NCBI RefSeq assembly: GCF_006345805.1
Contig: NC_043011.1
Coordinates: forward strand, 1,612,001-1,676,000
Direction of reading: 5' to 3'
Origin: Octopus sinensis
Lineage: Eukaryota
DNA: 64,000 nt
The position numbers and the translations under genes are program-made. How positions within the stretch are numbered: position 1 is the first letter of the stretch; each line of letters begins with the position of its first letter. This document shows, in pieces, positions 1 through 12,504 of the stretch. The notes beneath the pieces were generated by a model. That model was not told the origin of the DNA, searched no databases, and saw only the letters and a list, made by a program, of their open reading frames with translations.

Positions 1-161
1 AATAAATGTTGTTGTTGTAGTTATTGTTTAATCAGAAGTCGACACTGATTGAACAGAGCTATGATCAAAAGCATTCTAGCCATGACAATCCTGTCTGTTT
101 ATGACAATGTCTAAAGTTAATTCATAAACTAAAGTATAATTTATTTAAAACAATAAGACTC

Positions 162-360
162 ACTGGCCCCCGTGCCGGTGGCACGTAAAAAGCACCCACT
201 ACACTCTCGGAGTGGTTAGCGTTAGGAAGGGCATTCAGCTGTAGAAACTCTGCCAAATCGAGATTGGAGCCTGATGCAGCCATCTGGTTTGCCAGCCCTC
301 AGTCAAAATCGTCCAACCCATGCTAGCATGGAAAGCGGACGTTAAACGATGATGATGATG
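162..360 (+). mobile_element. Retroposon 3' end with (GAT)n tail (dispersed family)
   Basis: gtgccggtggcacgtaaaaagcacccactacac...ggacgttaaacgatgatgatg. The same block recurs near 18.9k, 33.3k, 35.8k, 41.6k and 55.9k. Confidence 0.75.
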
Positions 361-1483
361 AATAAGATGCAATTCAAGGGAGATGAGATTTTGGTGTTAT
401 TTGTAGCAGATCAAGTAACCTCCTTTAAAGGTTCGCCCCATGTAAATATATCAGTTAAAGGTTAACACCAGTCAATGTACTACAAGTACAGATATACGAA
501 CTATAATAATCTTAACAGCATCTCAGCAGAGACATTTAAACATCTAAGTCGGTGATCCTGAATCCATTTGACATCATGATGCACTGGAGATCAAGCAAAA
601 ATATTACTGGTGCACCATGCACAGAAAGTTTTAAAAAAACTAGTTCAAATTTAAAATTTAAAGAAATATATAGAAAACTGTCACACATGTTATTCTATTA
701 ATCATACAGGTGTATGATAAATTTATGAGCAACACAGTTTCAAACATTTGTACAGATTTTTAAAAACTGAAACCTTTAATTATATTTTTGAAAATCTTTA
801 GTACACTTAGAAACCCCTTGCAGCACATCAGTACACTGCTTTTGAAACATTAGTCTATATAGATGTGTAATATGTAACTTAAAAGCTCAGGGATGCATTT
901 TCACCATGTTAATCACAATGTGAAGTAGTCTGATGCATTATTGCAAAACTTTTCATGTCTCTTGAAAATTTCTGTTTTCTGTATTTTTTCTAATATTTCT
1001 TTTGAGTTGCTTTCATACTTTCATTTAACATCGATCTTAAAAAAGAAGTTGTTAGGAGTATGCATGAATGTATGTATGTGTGTGTTGGCACTTTCATGTA
1101 TAAAGATAAAAGTAAATTAATATTGTATCGGATGTGCACTTTACATGGAACAATTTCTACTTTAAACTACTCACAGATTTAATTTATTTTCCCAAAACTG
1201 TTTTAATCATCTCAGGTGTCTATGTGGAAGGATGGGGTTATTACCTGAACTTAAATATTCCTGTTATATAATTATTTCAAATTATTTAGTAGATATAGTG
1301 ATGCATCACCAATGGCTGTGGCCATGTTGGGGCACCGCTTAGTGTCAACCGATTTAACTCAGGTACATATTTTAAGCCTGATACTTATTCTGTTGGTCTT
1401 TCCCCAACTCTGAGAAATTAAGTTATGGGGAGAGAAACAAGCACTAATTATCATGTAATGAGAAACAAACAGACGCACACACT

Positions 1484-1885
1484 CATCATCATCATCATCA
1501 TTGTTCGACCGTGGTCGAGACAATGGAATTTACTATGTTATGCCAGACTTCACAGTCCATCATAGCATTACAGAGGTCCTGTTGCTGGATGCCTGTATCC
1601 CTGGAGATTACATCAGGGTAGAAGAGTGTGTGCCCTCTGGTATCGTGAACAGATGGCTTCCTGAGGAGAAGAGCAGAAATTGCCTCGTTTTCAGCTCTAC
1701 AACAATGTCCAGCAAACTGGACTCTTCTACCTTTCACAGGAGATGATACAGGTAGTAGTTTCCCATATATTTGTACTTTGGTTGGATGACGCTTCCACGA
1801 GAGATTTTGAGCTCTCATAAGGAGGCGAGTGTAAGTTCCATCCAACTGCCTCTCAAGCTTCTTTGATAACGTCCAGGTTATCACA
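1484..1885 (-). mobile_element. RTE-type LINE, C-terminal part of the RT ORF with (GAT)n tail
   Basis: ORF 1498-1932 contains TWTLSKKLERQLDGTYTRLL...RRVQFAGHC, typical of the RTE post-RT region. It ends in a (CAT)n run on the + strand. Confidence 0.85.
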
Positions 1886-3485
1886 CTCATACACACATAC
1901 ACACACATACATATCCACATGCTATCATGCACACATTAATGTATTTGTGTGTGTGTGAGAAAGGGTTCTGCGCAGTTTCTGCTTACCAAATTCACTTCCA
2001 AGGCATTAGGTGTCCATGGGTTATAGTAGAAGATATCTGCCTAAGATGCTATGCGGTGGAACTGAACTTGAAACCAAGGTCGCAAAGTAAACTTCTTGAC
2101 AAGTCATGCCTGTATCATAAATATAGTTTAAATATTTCTCCAATAAACTTGAAGGTAATCTTAAATTTTTACAAAATATTTTACCACAGAATTGTATCCT
2201 AAAATACTTCTTAACACATTTTTTGAGCTAAAGGAAAAATAAACAAACAAGCAAAAATTAAAAAAATATTTTAAACACCCACCTTCATTTTGGATAATCA
2301 AATTTTACCTGTGTATTATTAAATAAACCAATACATATATTCGTTATAACCTATAAACTTTTATAAACTATTGTCGTTAAGACCATTTATTAGAAACTAA
2401 AACCAAAATAATAAATTTAAACATTTCTTTTCAAGATTTTGGCTGAAAAGTTGTTAACTGAATTAAGAAAATAAGATCACATGAAATTAATTAATTTTTT
2501 TACTTTCTCACTCTTATATTCATCTAATAATTTTAGGCATCTGATATATTGGCACATTTATGCTGTTTTGTAAATGTACATGCTGGTTCGTTATCATTTA
2601 TCTTCTATTTGTTTCAGTCATTGTACTGTGGCCATGCTGGGGCAGTGCTTTAGTATAGATGTCTACAAACATCGCAAGTCACTCTGTTACTTCTGTCAAA
2701 TATTAAGAAAAAATATAGAGTTAATATTTATAAACTTCACAAAACTTATAAGACTGTACTCCATTAGAATGGGAAAACTGCCAGTCTTACTGCTGTGGGT
2801 ACACTCCTTCATGGAAGGAATGAAAGATGAGATCATAATGTTGGAAAATGTGTGACAAATGATGAGAAGGGGAGCACAACCAGGCAGTGCTAATAGTTGT
2901 AAAGGCCAAAATAATAAGGCCAGTCATAAAGGAGGTGAAGAAAACAAACATGTTAGAACTAATTTCTTTGTATATATGCTCAGAAATATACATACACACT
3001 TACAAACATGCAGACACATCAAGGTGAATGCAGGTGAAGGGTTAAGAAAAATATGTAAGGTGATATCAATGTATAGAAGCAAAGAGAAAATACATTGTAT
3101 CACTTTACAAAGATTGTTTCATGACTCTCGATAGAATTGCCTGCTAACGCATTTATCCAAAGTCTTTGATTATTTTCTTTCTTTTATTTGAAGACAGGAA
3201 TAGTTTTCCAAGATATCATAGGATCATTAAACAATGTATGTAATACAATATCTTTTTTCTTTGTTTGCTTTCACTGATATCACTTTACACATTTTACTTA
3301 ACTTCACACCTGCATTGCTGTAAGGGTTTTTCAAACAGTTATCACATATACACATATTACAATGCTTCAAGTAATTTAGAATACTATATCATATTGCATA
3401 TATAAGAATATATAATATAATCGCTTCTCCTATTTATATTTTTTACACCTAAGCCTTTTCTCTTTCTCTATTTCTCCTCCTCTTC

Positions 3486-3541
<56 letters not shown>

Positions 3542-3556
3542 ATATATAAATATATA

Positions 3557-3900
3557 TTGGGTCATCCCATAAATAATGCGGTTTTTTTGTACATCTTGTA
3601 TTTTTCAAAATTAAGATAAATAAAGTTCTTGTTTTACTTGGCCTCTTTTGCCAGTGAAAAGCAGATGCTTGGAGCATACAAGTTAGTCTATAAGCAGTCT
3701 GGAGCACTTCACAGGTCTCTGAAGTGCTTTTGCCCAGTTTAATACAAAATCTCATTGCATAGTGAGCTTTCAAATCGTCGTCATTTTCTGACAGTGTTCT
3801 ACCATCTGGTTAGCTGTGACAAGCAGTGTTTAATAGGCTGTGTTCAAAGTGCTGATACGGCTGCCTCCTTCAATGTGGAACAGCAAAAGTTGGCAGATCA
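3557..3900 (-). mobile_element. Mariner remnant (TIR plus transposase N-terminus)
   Basis: TA|ttgggtcatcccataaataatgcgg TIR-like end. The ORF HYAMRFCIKLGKSTSETCEVLQTAY matches the mariner paired/HTH N-terminus. Confidence 0.75.
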
Positions 3901-4019
3901 TTTTGTTTTATGTACTGCAATAATATTAAAATTACAGCTTTCTAGGACAGTTATAACTGCCTTTCCTGAAAACAAGTCTCAAAACTTTTGGTATGCACCT
4001 TGTATGTTTAGTTCACATT

Positions 4020-4245
4020 ACTCTATAAGGATCATAGGGCCGGTTTCCCGATTTCTCTGGCATATGTATTCCTCTCTGGATGGGACACTGGTCTGTCACA
4101 GGATTTCTCATTTTTACCACATGAGTGGACTGGAGAATTGTGGAGTTTTTTTTGCTCAAGAACATAATGCATTGCCTAGTCCAGGAATTGAAACCACAAT
4201 CTTAGAATAATGAGCCCAGCGTCCTCACCACTAAAGCATGCACCT
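4020..4245 (-). mobile_element. Degenerate tRNA-headed SINE
   Basis: Reverse tRNA-like head ccaggaattgaaaccacaatc...ctcaccactaaagc. Confidence 0.55.
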
Positions 4246-5109
4246 CATATATATACATACACACACATGCATGCGCACACATACACACGCATGCATGTGC
4301 ACACACATGCACATGCATGCGTGCACACACACACACACACACACACACTAAATGCATTCTATCTCAAGTATACTCCTGATAAATTTTACAAACTATAAAT
4401 TGCAATTTCATCAAAGCAGCTTTGTATTAGTTTTTCACCGTTGCCTGAAGAATTATGGATTGGAAATCTCATTCATGTTTTCTACGTGTATTTACCTATT
4501 ATGAATTTATTATATTTATAATATTATTGTTATTAATATTTATACTCATAATATATTTCCTGTACTGTAATGAAACGTGTGTAACACAGAAATAAAAAAA
4601 TATACCAAATTTTAGAGTCTTTTTTTAAAATATAGTCTTACTCTGCAAATGTGATTCTCTGGAACTTTCAACTAGTCTGTACGACTTCCTCCTTTAAAAT
4701 GAATCATTTACATTGCTTTTGATTACTATACATACATGTACTTCATGAGGACACAGATTATAGCTCACACACACATGCATACTTATATATTTATACATAT
4801 GTATGCATGAATGTTTACATTCCATGTGGTGTCAGCTGACACTGAGTAAAATGATGATCTTATATTCACACCTTCTTTGAATAATAAATCTTGTAACTCA
4901 TATCTTTTACGTGTGAAAAGAAGTGGAGTAAAGGATCTCTTAGTTGAGAACTCAGTTGGGGTTGGCATCTGGAAGAGTATCCAGCCATAAATTAGTGCTT
5001 CACATATGTCTTTCTTCAACCCAAACCAGAGTGGATAGGCAGACAGGAAATGAATAAATGAATGAATGAACAAATGAATGAATATATATTTATATATGGC
5101 CTCCTGCCT

Positions 5110-5290
5110 TTCAGAGATGTTGCTGAAGCAATATTGTCCTTGATAGCAGCATATCCTTTCACTGAAGCTTTCCAGTCAACCCATTCAATAGCTGTGTAAA
5201 CTGATGACTTTCTCTCTGATCTTTATTCATTAAATTCCTGCGTTCTCCAAGGGTTGATTAGGTCTTCCCTATTCTATTTTGTATATTACT
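5110..5290 (+). mobile_element. L2/Crack-like LINE RT relic
   Basis: SDLYSLNSCVLQGLIRSSLF resembles the RT motif xGVPQGSVLSPxLF. Confidence 0.45.
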
Positions 5291-5528
5291 AAACCTAAAT
5301 GCTTTCACTTTTAGTCATACGGAACTTGAAATCTGATGCCGGATTAGTTCTGGCTCTCTGAACAGAATGTACATGAATACATTTTAGTGTGGACAGAAAT
5401 TAGTTTTCTTTAGCAGCACAGAAACACAATCACTACGCATGTCAAGAAAACAATCTTGATCTATAAACTACCTATATATGTATGTATATATGTTTATATG
5501 TAGATACATACATATACATACATATATA

Positions 5529-5900
5529 CAGGGTGCGTAAGATATTTGAGAACAGATTTATGCTTATAAAAAAAAACAGATATATAATAGCAGATAATAA
5601 TTTTATTTATCAAAAAATGCTATGAGGATAAAAATAAACCTTCTTTTCTATAATGTTATTCAATAAATCTACATCCAGCTTCAGCAACTGCTTCTATATG
5701 AGATCTAAATCATCTACATGCTCTGACTATGGCAACTTTCAAAGAATTTTTGGTGTTATGGTCGTGTTCATTGCCCTCTCTCTTAACAATACACCACATG
5801 TAATAGTCCAATGGATTGAGATCTGGGGAATTAAGAGGCCAAATATTAGGGGTTATTTGATCATGAAAATTTTCAGCCATTCATCAATAGTCCTAGGATG
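5529..5900 (-). mobile_element. Tc1/mariner-superfamily (maT-like) element, 3' end
   Basis: TA|cagggtgcgtaagatattt TIR. The minus strand encodes WPLNSPDLNPLDYYMWCIVKR...HNTKNSLKVAI. Confidence 0.8.
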
Positions 5901-6684
5901 GACGATTTCTTAGTCCATCCTAGGACTAAGAAATAAGTCCTAGGATCGATTTGTTTGACTAAAACCTTTCAAAGTGGTGCTCCAGCATGGCTGCAGTCAA
6001 ATGACTGAAACAATAGAAGAATAAAAGAGTAAAAGGATGCATAAATCGGAATTTCCTGTTTTTTTTTGTCCTTGGGTGGGGAATTTTAATGATAAACGTT
6101 AAAATGAAGAAGTGGAAATGCGAAAATTTTTCTCTAAAAATGTGTAAATTTTTCTGTAAAAATTGTTCTAAAATTTGGAATATTATAACAATGAAGATGT
6201 ATTATGCAACATACATAGAACAACCAAACTTAGCTTGCAGTTAGATTATTCCCCTTTGCCAAGCAGTAAAGGTATGTTTCTTGCTTATGTTTGCTTCATC
6301 AAAGATTAATATGTTTGGTTCAAGAGCTATTATTTGTAAGACAATTCGAAATTGGTACTAAGTGTGAGTCAGTATTTCATCTTTGACTAAAGGTAGGACA
6401 CCATCGACTGAAGGTTGTCAAAGCTGCTGTATTAGTTTTTTGAAAGAGTTATACCACACACACACACACACACGCACACACACACATATATATGCTCACA
6501 CACATGTATTTATGCATATATAAATACACACACAAGCTTCACATGTAGACACCTGCACAGCTTCCATCTAAAATATTTCACATATAAGGTACTGACGCTG
6601 AGTTTGTAGTAGAAAAATATTTGTCCAGAGAATGTCACAGTGTGTTCTTAACCACAGAAGCATACCTCTGTATAAATACTCTTT

Positions 6685-6897
6685 TACTCTTTTACTCTTT
6701 TACTTGTTTCAGTCATTTGACAGTGGCCATGCTGGAGCACCACCTTTTTAATCGAGCAACTCGACCCTGAGACTTATTCTTTGTAAGCCCAGTACTTATT
6801 CTATCGGTCTCTTTTGCCGAACCACTAAGTAATGGGGACATAAACACACCAGCATCGGTTGTCAAGCAATGCTATGGGGACAAACACAGACACACAA

Positions 6898-6964
<67 letters not shown>

Positions 6965-7140
6965 ATATACATATATACGACGGGCTTCTTTCAGTTTCCG
7001 TCTACCAAATCCGCTCACAAGGCTTTGGTCAGCCCGAGGCTATAGTAGAAGACACTTGCCCAAGGTACCACACAGTGGGACTGAACCCGGAGCCATGTGG
7101 TTGGTAAGCAGAGCTACTTACCACACAGCCACTCCTGCGC
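6685..7140 (-). mobile_element. Main ~420-bp SINE (tRNA-like head, ccttgggcaagt core, internal (TA)n/(TG)n, (aaaagagt)n tail)
   Basis: Full-length match to the other copies at 10.8k, 21.9k, 30k, 49.9k, 53.5k, 55k and 62.9k. Confidence 0.85.
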
Positions 7141-7806
7141 TTATGTAACATATAGTTTGAATTTTTCCTGTACCGTTCAGCTCGTATGTTTTTTCTTTTT
7201 TTATAATTGTACATGCATGTACAACATACCCCTAAGTGTAATGGTCTACTTCTAATTTATACATAAACATGCATACACACACACATGTATTTGTGTGTGT
7301 GTGTGTGTGTGCGTGCGCATGTAAAAGTGGTGCAGTGGCAGAAATAGATAACAGAATGCAAAATTGTATGAATCTGAGTTTTGCTCATCATCATCAGCAT
7401 CATCGTAAGTGTATTCTTTTATATACCTAGCATGCTTAGTGCACACTCTATAATCCACAAATAACATCTGGTTGCAAATAACCTATGTGCCAGGCTAAAT
7501 AAATCATTGAGCACTGTTGTCACAGCAGTAAATAAAATCAAGGTAAACACTGTCTTAAATTTCCCAGTTTCAACAGCCCTGAACTAAGAACAATAAAGAT
7601 TTTAAGCATTTATTGTTGAACACAGAATTTCAGTGGCTGTCAAAGGGTAAGTTTCTATTCCCTTTTTAAAACAGTTGTTGACTTCTTGCAACACTCGTAT
7701 TCTGTTCTTTGTGATGAACCAAGAAATCTGAAGCATGACATTGCTTATTGGGCAAATATATTCATGAAGTTCAAAGAAATTAATTTGCAACTGCAAGGAA
7801 ATAAAG

Positions 7807-8035
7807 TTAAACCTTTTGTTACAGTATTTATTTTGAGATGCTCTGTGTTTCTTTCAATTACTTTAAATATAGCAAAGGATTTAGTAAAAGAACTTAGTTA
7901 TCATTCAGCTAGTGTTAGAAACGTAAATTGTGACTAAGGTTTGGTGGAAGATTTTAATCCAGAACTTATGAAAACAAGACATTTGTACTACAGAGCCAGA
8001 GGTGATTTCAGGTGGGTTGGTGTCAAAAGGGTTAA
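7807..8035. mobile_element. TTAA-specific MITE (~225 bp), copy 1
   Basis: TTAA TSDs. The TIR is a variant of ccctttcgttac...gtaacgaaaggg. Confidence 0.85.
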
Positions 8036-8058
8036 GAATTGTTTCTCTATTATATATT

Positions 8059-8288
8059 TTAACCCATTTGTTACTGTATTTATTTTGAGATGCTCTGTGT
8101 TTCTTTGAATTACTTTAAATATAGCAAAGAATTTAGTAAAATAACTTAGTTATCATTAAGCTAGTGTTAGGAACATAAATTGTGACTAATGTTTGGTGGA
8201 AGATTTTAATTCAGAACATATAAAAAACAAGACATTTGTACTTGGAGACAGAGCTGGTTTCAGCCGGGTTGGTAATGAAAGGGGTTAA
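8059..8288. mobile_element. TTAA-specific MITE, copy 2
   Basis: ttaacccatttgttac...gtaatgaaaggggttaa, with the same internal sequence as copy 1. Confidence 0.85.
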
Positions 8289-9821
8289 ACCTTATCAAAG
8301 TAAAATCAACCCTCTCCCTGTTTCTGTCCAAGTTACAGCTATTTAAATGTAACATAAGCTATCATTAGTTCTTCCAATCTGGATTGGTGATGGAAAAACA
8401 CATACCAGAAAATGTGATCCAAGTGTACTGCTCACACCGAGATATGTCAGACAAATTTCATGATATTCATTTTTAATTAAAATATCAGTCTGGATCATTC
8501 CTAGATACCAGTAAAGAGGTAACAAGAATATTGGAACAAGAAATGGTTCCACTTTAACCCCTTCCTCAGTGACTTTTTTTGGAGAAAGTGTTTCATTTTC
8601 AGACAAATGTTTTTATTGCCTTTTTTTATAGTATTTTTAATGCTGTTTATGGAAATAACTTCTGTTTTTATCCATTTCCTATATTTTACTTGAAATTTTA
8701 TTTTGAAGATACAATTTTCAGCAAAAATGAGATAACTCGTCTTCCCATATTTTTTAATATTTCTTTTATTTATTGCTTTTTTTCCCCCAACTTTATCATC
8801 AAAAGTAAAGGAGAATGACACATTTATTTTATTCTTTTTTTAGCATGTCTTCTCAAAAATCTTTATATGTATTTTTTTTCTTCAATTTTCATAACAAAAA
8901 GTAAATGTAAATAAAATACTGTATTTATTTTATTTTTTATTTTACTTCATCTTCCCACACATATTATTTTCTCTGGCATTTTATGAATGAATATTTGTAA
9001 TGGTATTTTTCGAAGCATGATACTACACATATATCATGACTCCTTCCTGATTGGTTTCCGTCTATGGCCACTTTTCAGACAACATACAGCACATTTTCTT
9101 CTTGAATTTGTCTTCTTTTGTGTTGTTTGAATTTCCTCTGGAAAATGTCCTGGTGTAAAATGCAAACATCTTGGTGAAGTCAAAGGTCTACCTACTACTT
9201 AAGTAGACTGTAAATCTGCTCCATATTTTGCGATGGTATCTCGTATTATCTGCATACAAAATTTCAGGTGTATGAAGGCTTTTTTTTTCTGCCTCAGTGA
9301 CTGCTACATTGTACAATAAGTAAGAATTCTATATCACAAGGTCGATCAAATGGAAGAAGACTTTCTTGTAATATTTCTTACCAAATTTTCTTGTGATGGG
9401 ATAATCTACTAGTTGTCGGTCCACCTTGTCATCTCCACCCATTGTAAAATTGTAACCATATACCACTGTTGGTTTCTTCATAGGCTATTGTCTTGTGTCA
9501 AAATCCTTCAGAGTGGGGTTTCAAAGCATTCCAACGTCCTTCTTGTCTTTCCTCCTTGTCCTTCCATTATCTTACATCATTGACATGCTGTAACTTTACC
9601 GTTCTTTCAACTTCGCTCTTTTCACCTGTTCAGGCACTTCCTTTCTATTCAAATTGAGAGGTCCATAAATATCAATGTAGCGACTAACCAGAGTGTCAGC
9701 TAATTGTGGACTAGTATAAATGTTATCCACAATAAACTTTACCAAGTAAAAGCTTCATCAGAGACAACACATCTCGAGAATTCATGGGATATTCACTATA
9801 TTCTGAATCAAGCTGTGTTCC

Positions 9822-10325
9822 TTAGCCAACATAAATGATTATTCTATACACAAATCCAGTCTTGGTTTCATACACAAAAAAATACTTCACTTCAAACCTC
9901 CTCCTTTTTAGAGGTATATACTGCACCCATCCTAACCTTCCCCCAAACAACATAAGGCTTTCGTCTATAGATAAATCTTGGTTAGGGGTATAACACTTCA
10001 TAAAGTTCTCACTAAACATCATAAACACATCATAAACTTTATACAATTTTAGGTTGGGATGTGTTTCTGCATCAAAAGTTTCATTATTCACAAAATGAAG
10101 AAGATACTGTTTTATCTTATTATGGCATTTCAAGCTGATCAGCTTCCAAAAGATTGGTCTTTCAAGTATTTCATCTTTCAACCAGTTCATTTCTTGATCT
10201 GCCATTCTCACAATGCCCCCAAGCATTTTCAAGGCGAAAAACACACAAATTTCTGCCTTTGTTACAGGGCGCCAAATACAATCTCTTTCTTCAGTTTGTT
10301 CCGCAAAGCAATTAGCTTTGTCCAC
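9822..10325 (-). pseudogene. piggyBac transposase fragment (catalytic region)
   Basis: YTPNQDLSIDESLMLFGGRLGWVQYIPLKRRRFEVK...ETKTGFVYRIIIYVG. An acidic N-terminal region lies at 10.4-10.75k. Confidence 0.9.
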
Positions 10326-10479
10326 AACTCGATCAATAATTCTGTTGTCACAAAAAAGACTAAAAAAAATCCAAAGGAATCACATCAGCTGTGTTTTGAT
10401 CAATTGATATTCCAAGATTTCCAGTGAATGGGAAGTGTGGTGGTGGAGGAAGCATGCATTCTTCCAACACCACATGTTG

Positions 10480-10640
10480 ATACCAAATTCCTCCTCCTCC
10501 TCCTCCTCCATACTCTCCTCCCCTCCTCTTCCATACTCTCCTCCCCTCCTCCTCCATATTCTCCTCCCCTCCTCCTCCTCCATACTCTCCTCCCCTCCTC
10601 CTCCTCCTCCATACTCTTCTCCTCCTCCTCCTCCTTACTT
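10480..10640. repeat. ~26-30 bp tandem repeat (catactctcctcccctcctcctc)n inside the piggyBac N-terminal region
   Basis: About 5 imperfect units seen directly. Confidence 0.8.
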
Positions 10641-10802
10641 GAGAGGAAATAGCCATTATTAGACAAGCTTGCACTCTCATCTGATGTATCCAAGCTTCTA
10701 ATAGAAGGTTCATACTCATTGTTATCTTCTGAGCTCGACATCTGGGTGTCATTTGTAAAAAAAAACCCAGAAAAATCCAAGAAATGTCGAGAATTGACGT
10801 TT

Positions 10803-10980
10803 AGGCACAGGAGTGGCTGTGTGGTAAGTAGCTTGCTTACCAACCACATGGTTCTGGGTTCAGTCCCACTGCGTGGCACCTTGGGCAAGTGTCTTCTACT
10901 ATAGCTTCGGGCTAGCCAAATCCTTGTGAGTGGATTTGGTGGACAGAAACTGAAAGAAGCCTGTTGTATATATGTATGTG

Positions 10981-11017
<37 letters not shown>

Positions 11018-11220
11018 TTGTGTTTCTGTGTTTGTCTCCCCAACATCGCTTGACTACCGATGCTGGTTGTGTTTACATCCCTGTAACTTAGCGGTTTGGC
11101 AAAAGAGACTGATAGAATAAGTACTAGGCTTACAAAGAATAAGTCCTGGAGTCGATTTGCTCGACTAAAAGTGGTGCTGCAGCATGGCCACATTCAAATG
11201 ACTGAAAGTAAAAAGAGAGA
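10803..11220 (+). mobile_element. Main SINE copy nested in the piggyBac
   Basis: aggcacaggagtggctgtgtggtaag head through aaatgactgaaagtaaaaagag tail. Confidence 0.85.
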
Positions 11221-11332
11221 GTATAAACTCATCTGTGGCTGTTTTTGAAATTATATGTTTTGGACGAGTTTACTCATCGTACTCTGAAAAAGACAAATTG
11301 GGTGAAGACAAGTTAACTCATCTTTGCCAAGT

Positions 11333-11561
11333 TTAACCCTTTTGTTACTGTATTTATTTTGAGATGCTCTGTGTTTCTTTCAATTATTTTAAATATAACA
11401 AAGAATTTAGTGAATTAACTTCATTATCATTAAGCTAGTGTTAGGAACATAAATTGTGGCTAAGGTTTGGTGGAAGATTTGAATTCAAAACTTATGAAAA
11501 CAAGACATTTGTACTAAAGAGCCAGAGCTGGTTTCAGCCGGGTTGGTAACGAAAGGGTTAA
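11333..11561. mobile_element. TTAA-specific MITE, copy 3, inserted in the piggyBac terminus
   Basis: TTAA at 11333-11336 and 11558-11561. TIR cccttttgttac / gtaacgaaaggg. Confidence 0.9.
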
Positions 11562-12222
11562 GGGGTTAAAATGACATTGAACTGAGGCCAAAATTTTAAA
11601 AAATTATATTAGAATTTTTTATTGCAAAAGGACATTACTGATTGCTATCTTGCACTGTGGAACAAAGGCAAGATGTACTTCATTGTATTCCAGACAACAT
11701 ATTTTGTAGAGTTGCCCAGATTTTTTCAAAGCCAAGAAGCAGACAGAAAATTATTGAATACTGGGGTCTAAGACTACTTCTTAGTAACTTTCAGCCTGAT
11801 TTCAAGAAGCTGATATCCCTGCAAAATGTACTGAAATTGCATTAAAAATATGAAAACAACATAGTTACAGGTGAGATGTAAATTTACTCTTTCACATTGT
11901 AAAATCAATAAAATAATGGATTAATTATATTAAGTTTATTTATGAAATACAATCGTTTTGAATTCATTTTGATCTATGTTTGTGGTGGTGGTGGTTATGC
12001 GTTTGTGGGTGGGGGTGCTAGGAATGTGGCCTGGTTGCCAAGGTGACAGCAGTCCCAAAAGGTTTGGAAACAACTGTTCTCTATTTAGGTAACTATTTAT
12101 AGGCATGCATAAAATATAGACAGAATATGAATGTTAATGCAGGTTGTATATGACAGACCATAAAGAAAGTAGATAGGAAAAAGGTGGATGGAGACATAAA
12201 AAGTGACCAAAACCAAATCTAC

Positions 12223-12274
<52 letters not shown>

Positions 12275-12504
12275 TGTGTGTGTGTGTGTGTGTGTGAAAG
12301 GCCTTGTACAAAGTTGTAAAACTGTCCAACATGTCAGAGTTGTCAGATTGACAATTAGCAGGTTAGTACATTTGGAAACATTTATATAACATGTGTATAA
12401 TCTCTAATGTGTATGCATATATATATATATATATATAAATACATATATATACAAATATATGTATAAATATATATATATACAAATATATATATATATGTAT
12501 ATAT

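Larger units (their letters stand above)
8558..11565 (-). mobile_element. piggyBac transposon (degenerate, both ends present)
   Basis: TTAA|CCCCTT at 8554-8563 and GGGG|TTAA at 11562-11569. It holds a PGBD-type transposase on the minus strand. Removing the element rejoins the hAT frame (VPL*NDIELRPKF). Confidence 0.85.
7430..12076 (+). mobile_element. hAT-Charlie (FAM200/ZBED5-like) transposon relic, split by later insertions
   Basis: Collinear degenerate motifs: HLVANNLCARLNKSLSTVVTAVNKIK, NTEFQWLSKG, KHDIAYWANIFMKFKEINLQLQGN (to 7806), LIKVKSTLSLFLSKLQLFK...EVTRILEQEMVPL (8289-8553), NDIELRPKF (11570) and LRLLLSNFQPDFKKLIS..H* (to 11845). A TIR-like ggtttggaaacaactg lies at about 12076. 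Confidence 0.8.

Noticed and set aside
2574-3134. ORFs with moderate GC that could be host exons
   Set aside because: No consistent splice sites were found. The + strand pieces (KDEIIMLEN) loosely resemble a decayed DNA-transposase, so the region is left unassigned.
3755-4210. 151-aa ORF
   Set aside because: It is a chance read-through of the mariner 5' region, unique DNA and a reversed SINE.
4431-4490. KNYGLEISF, reminiscent of Piezo KFGLEICF
   Set aside because: The match is too short, flanking residues disagree and no compatible neighbouring exons were found.
10360-10888. Glu/Arg/Gly-rich ORFs
   Set aside because: They come from a tandem repeat inside the piggyBac acidic N-terminus plus SINE sequence.
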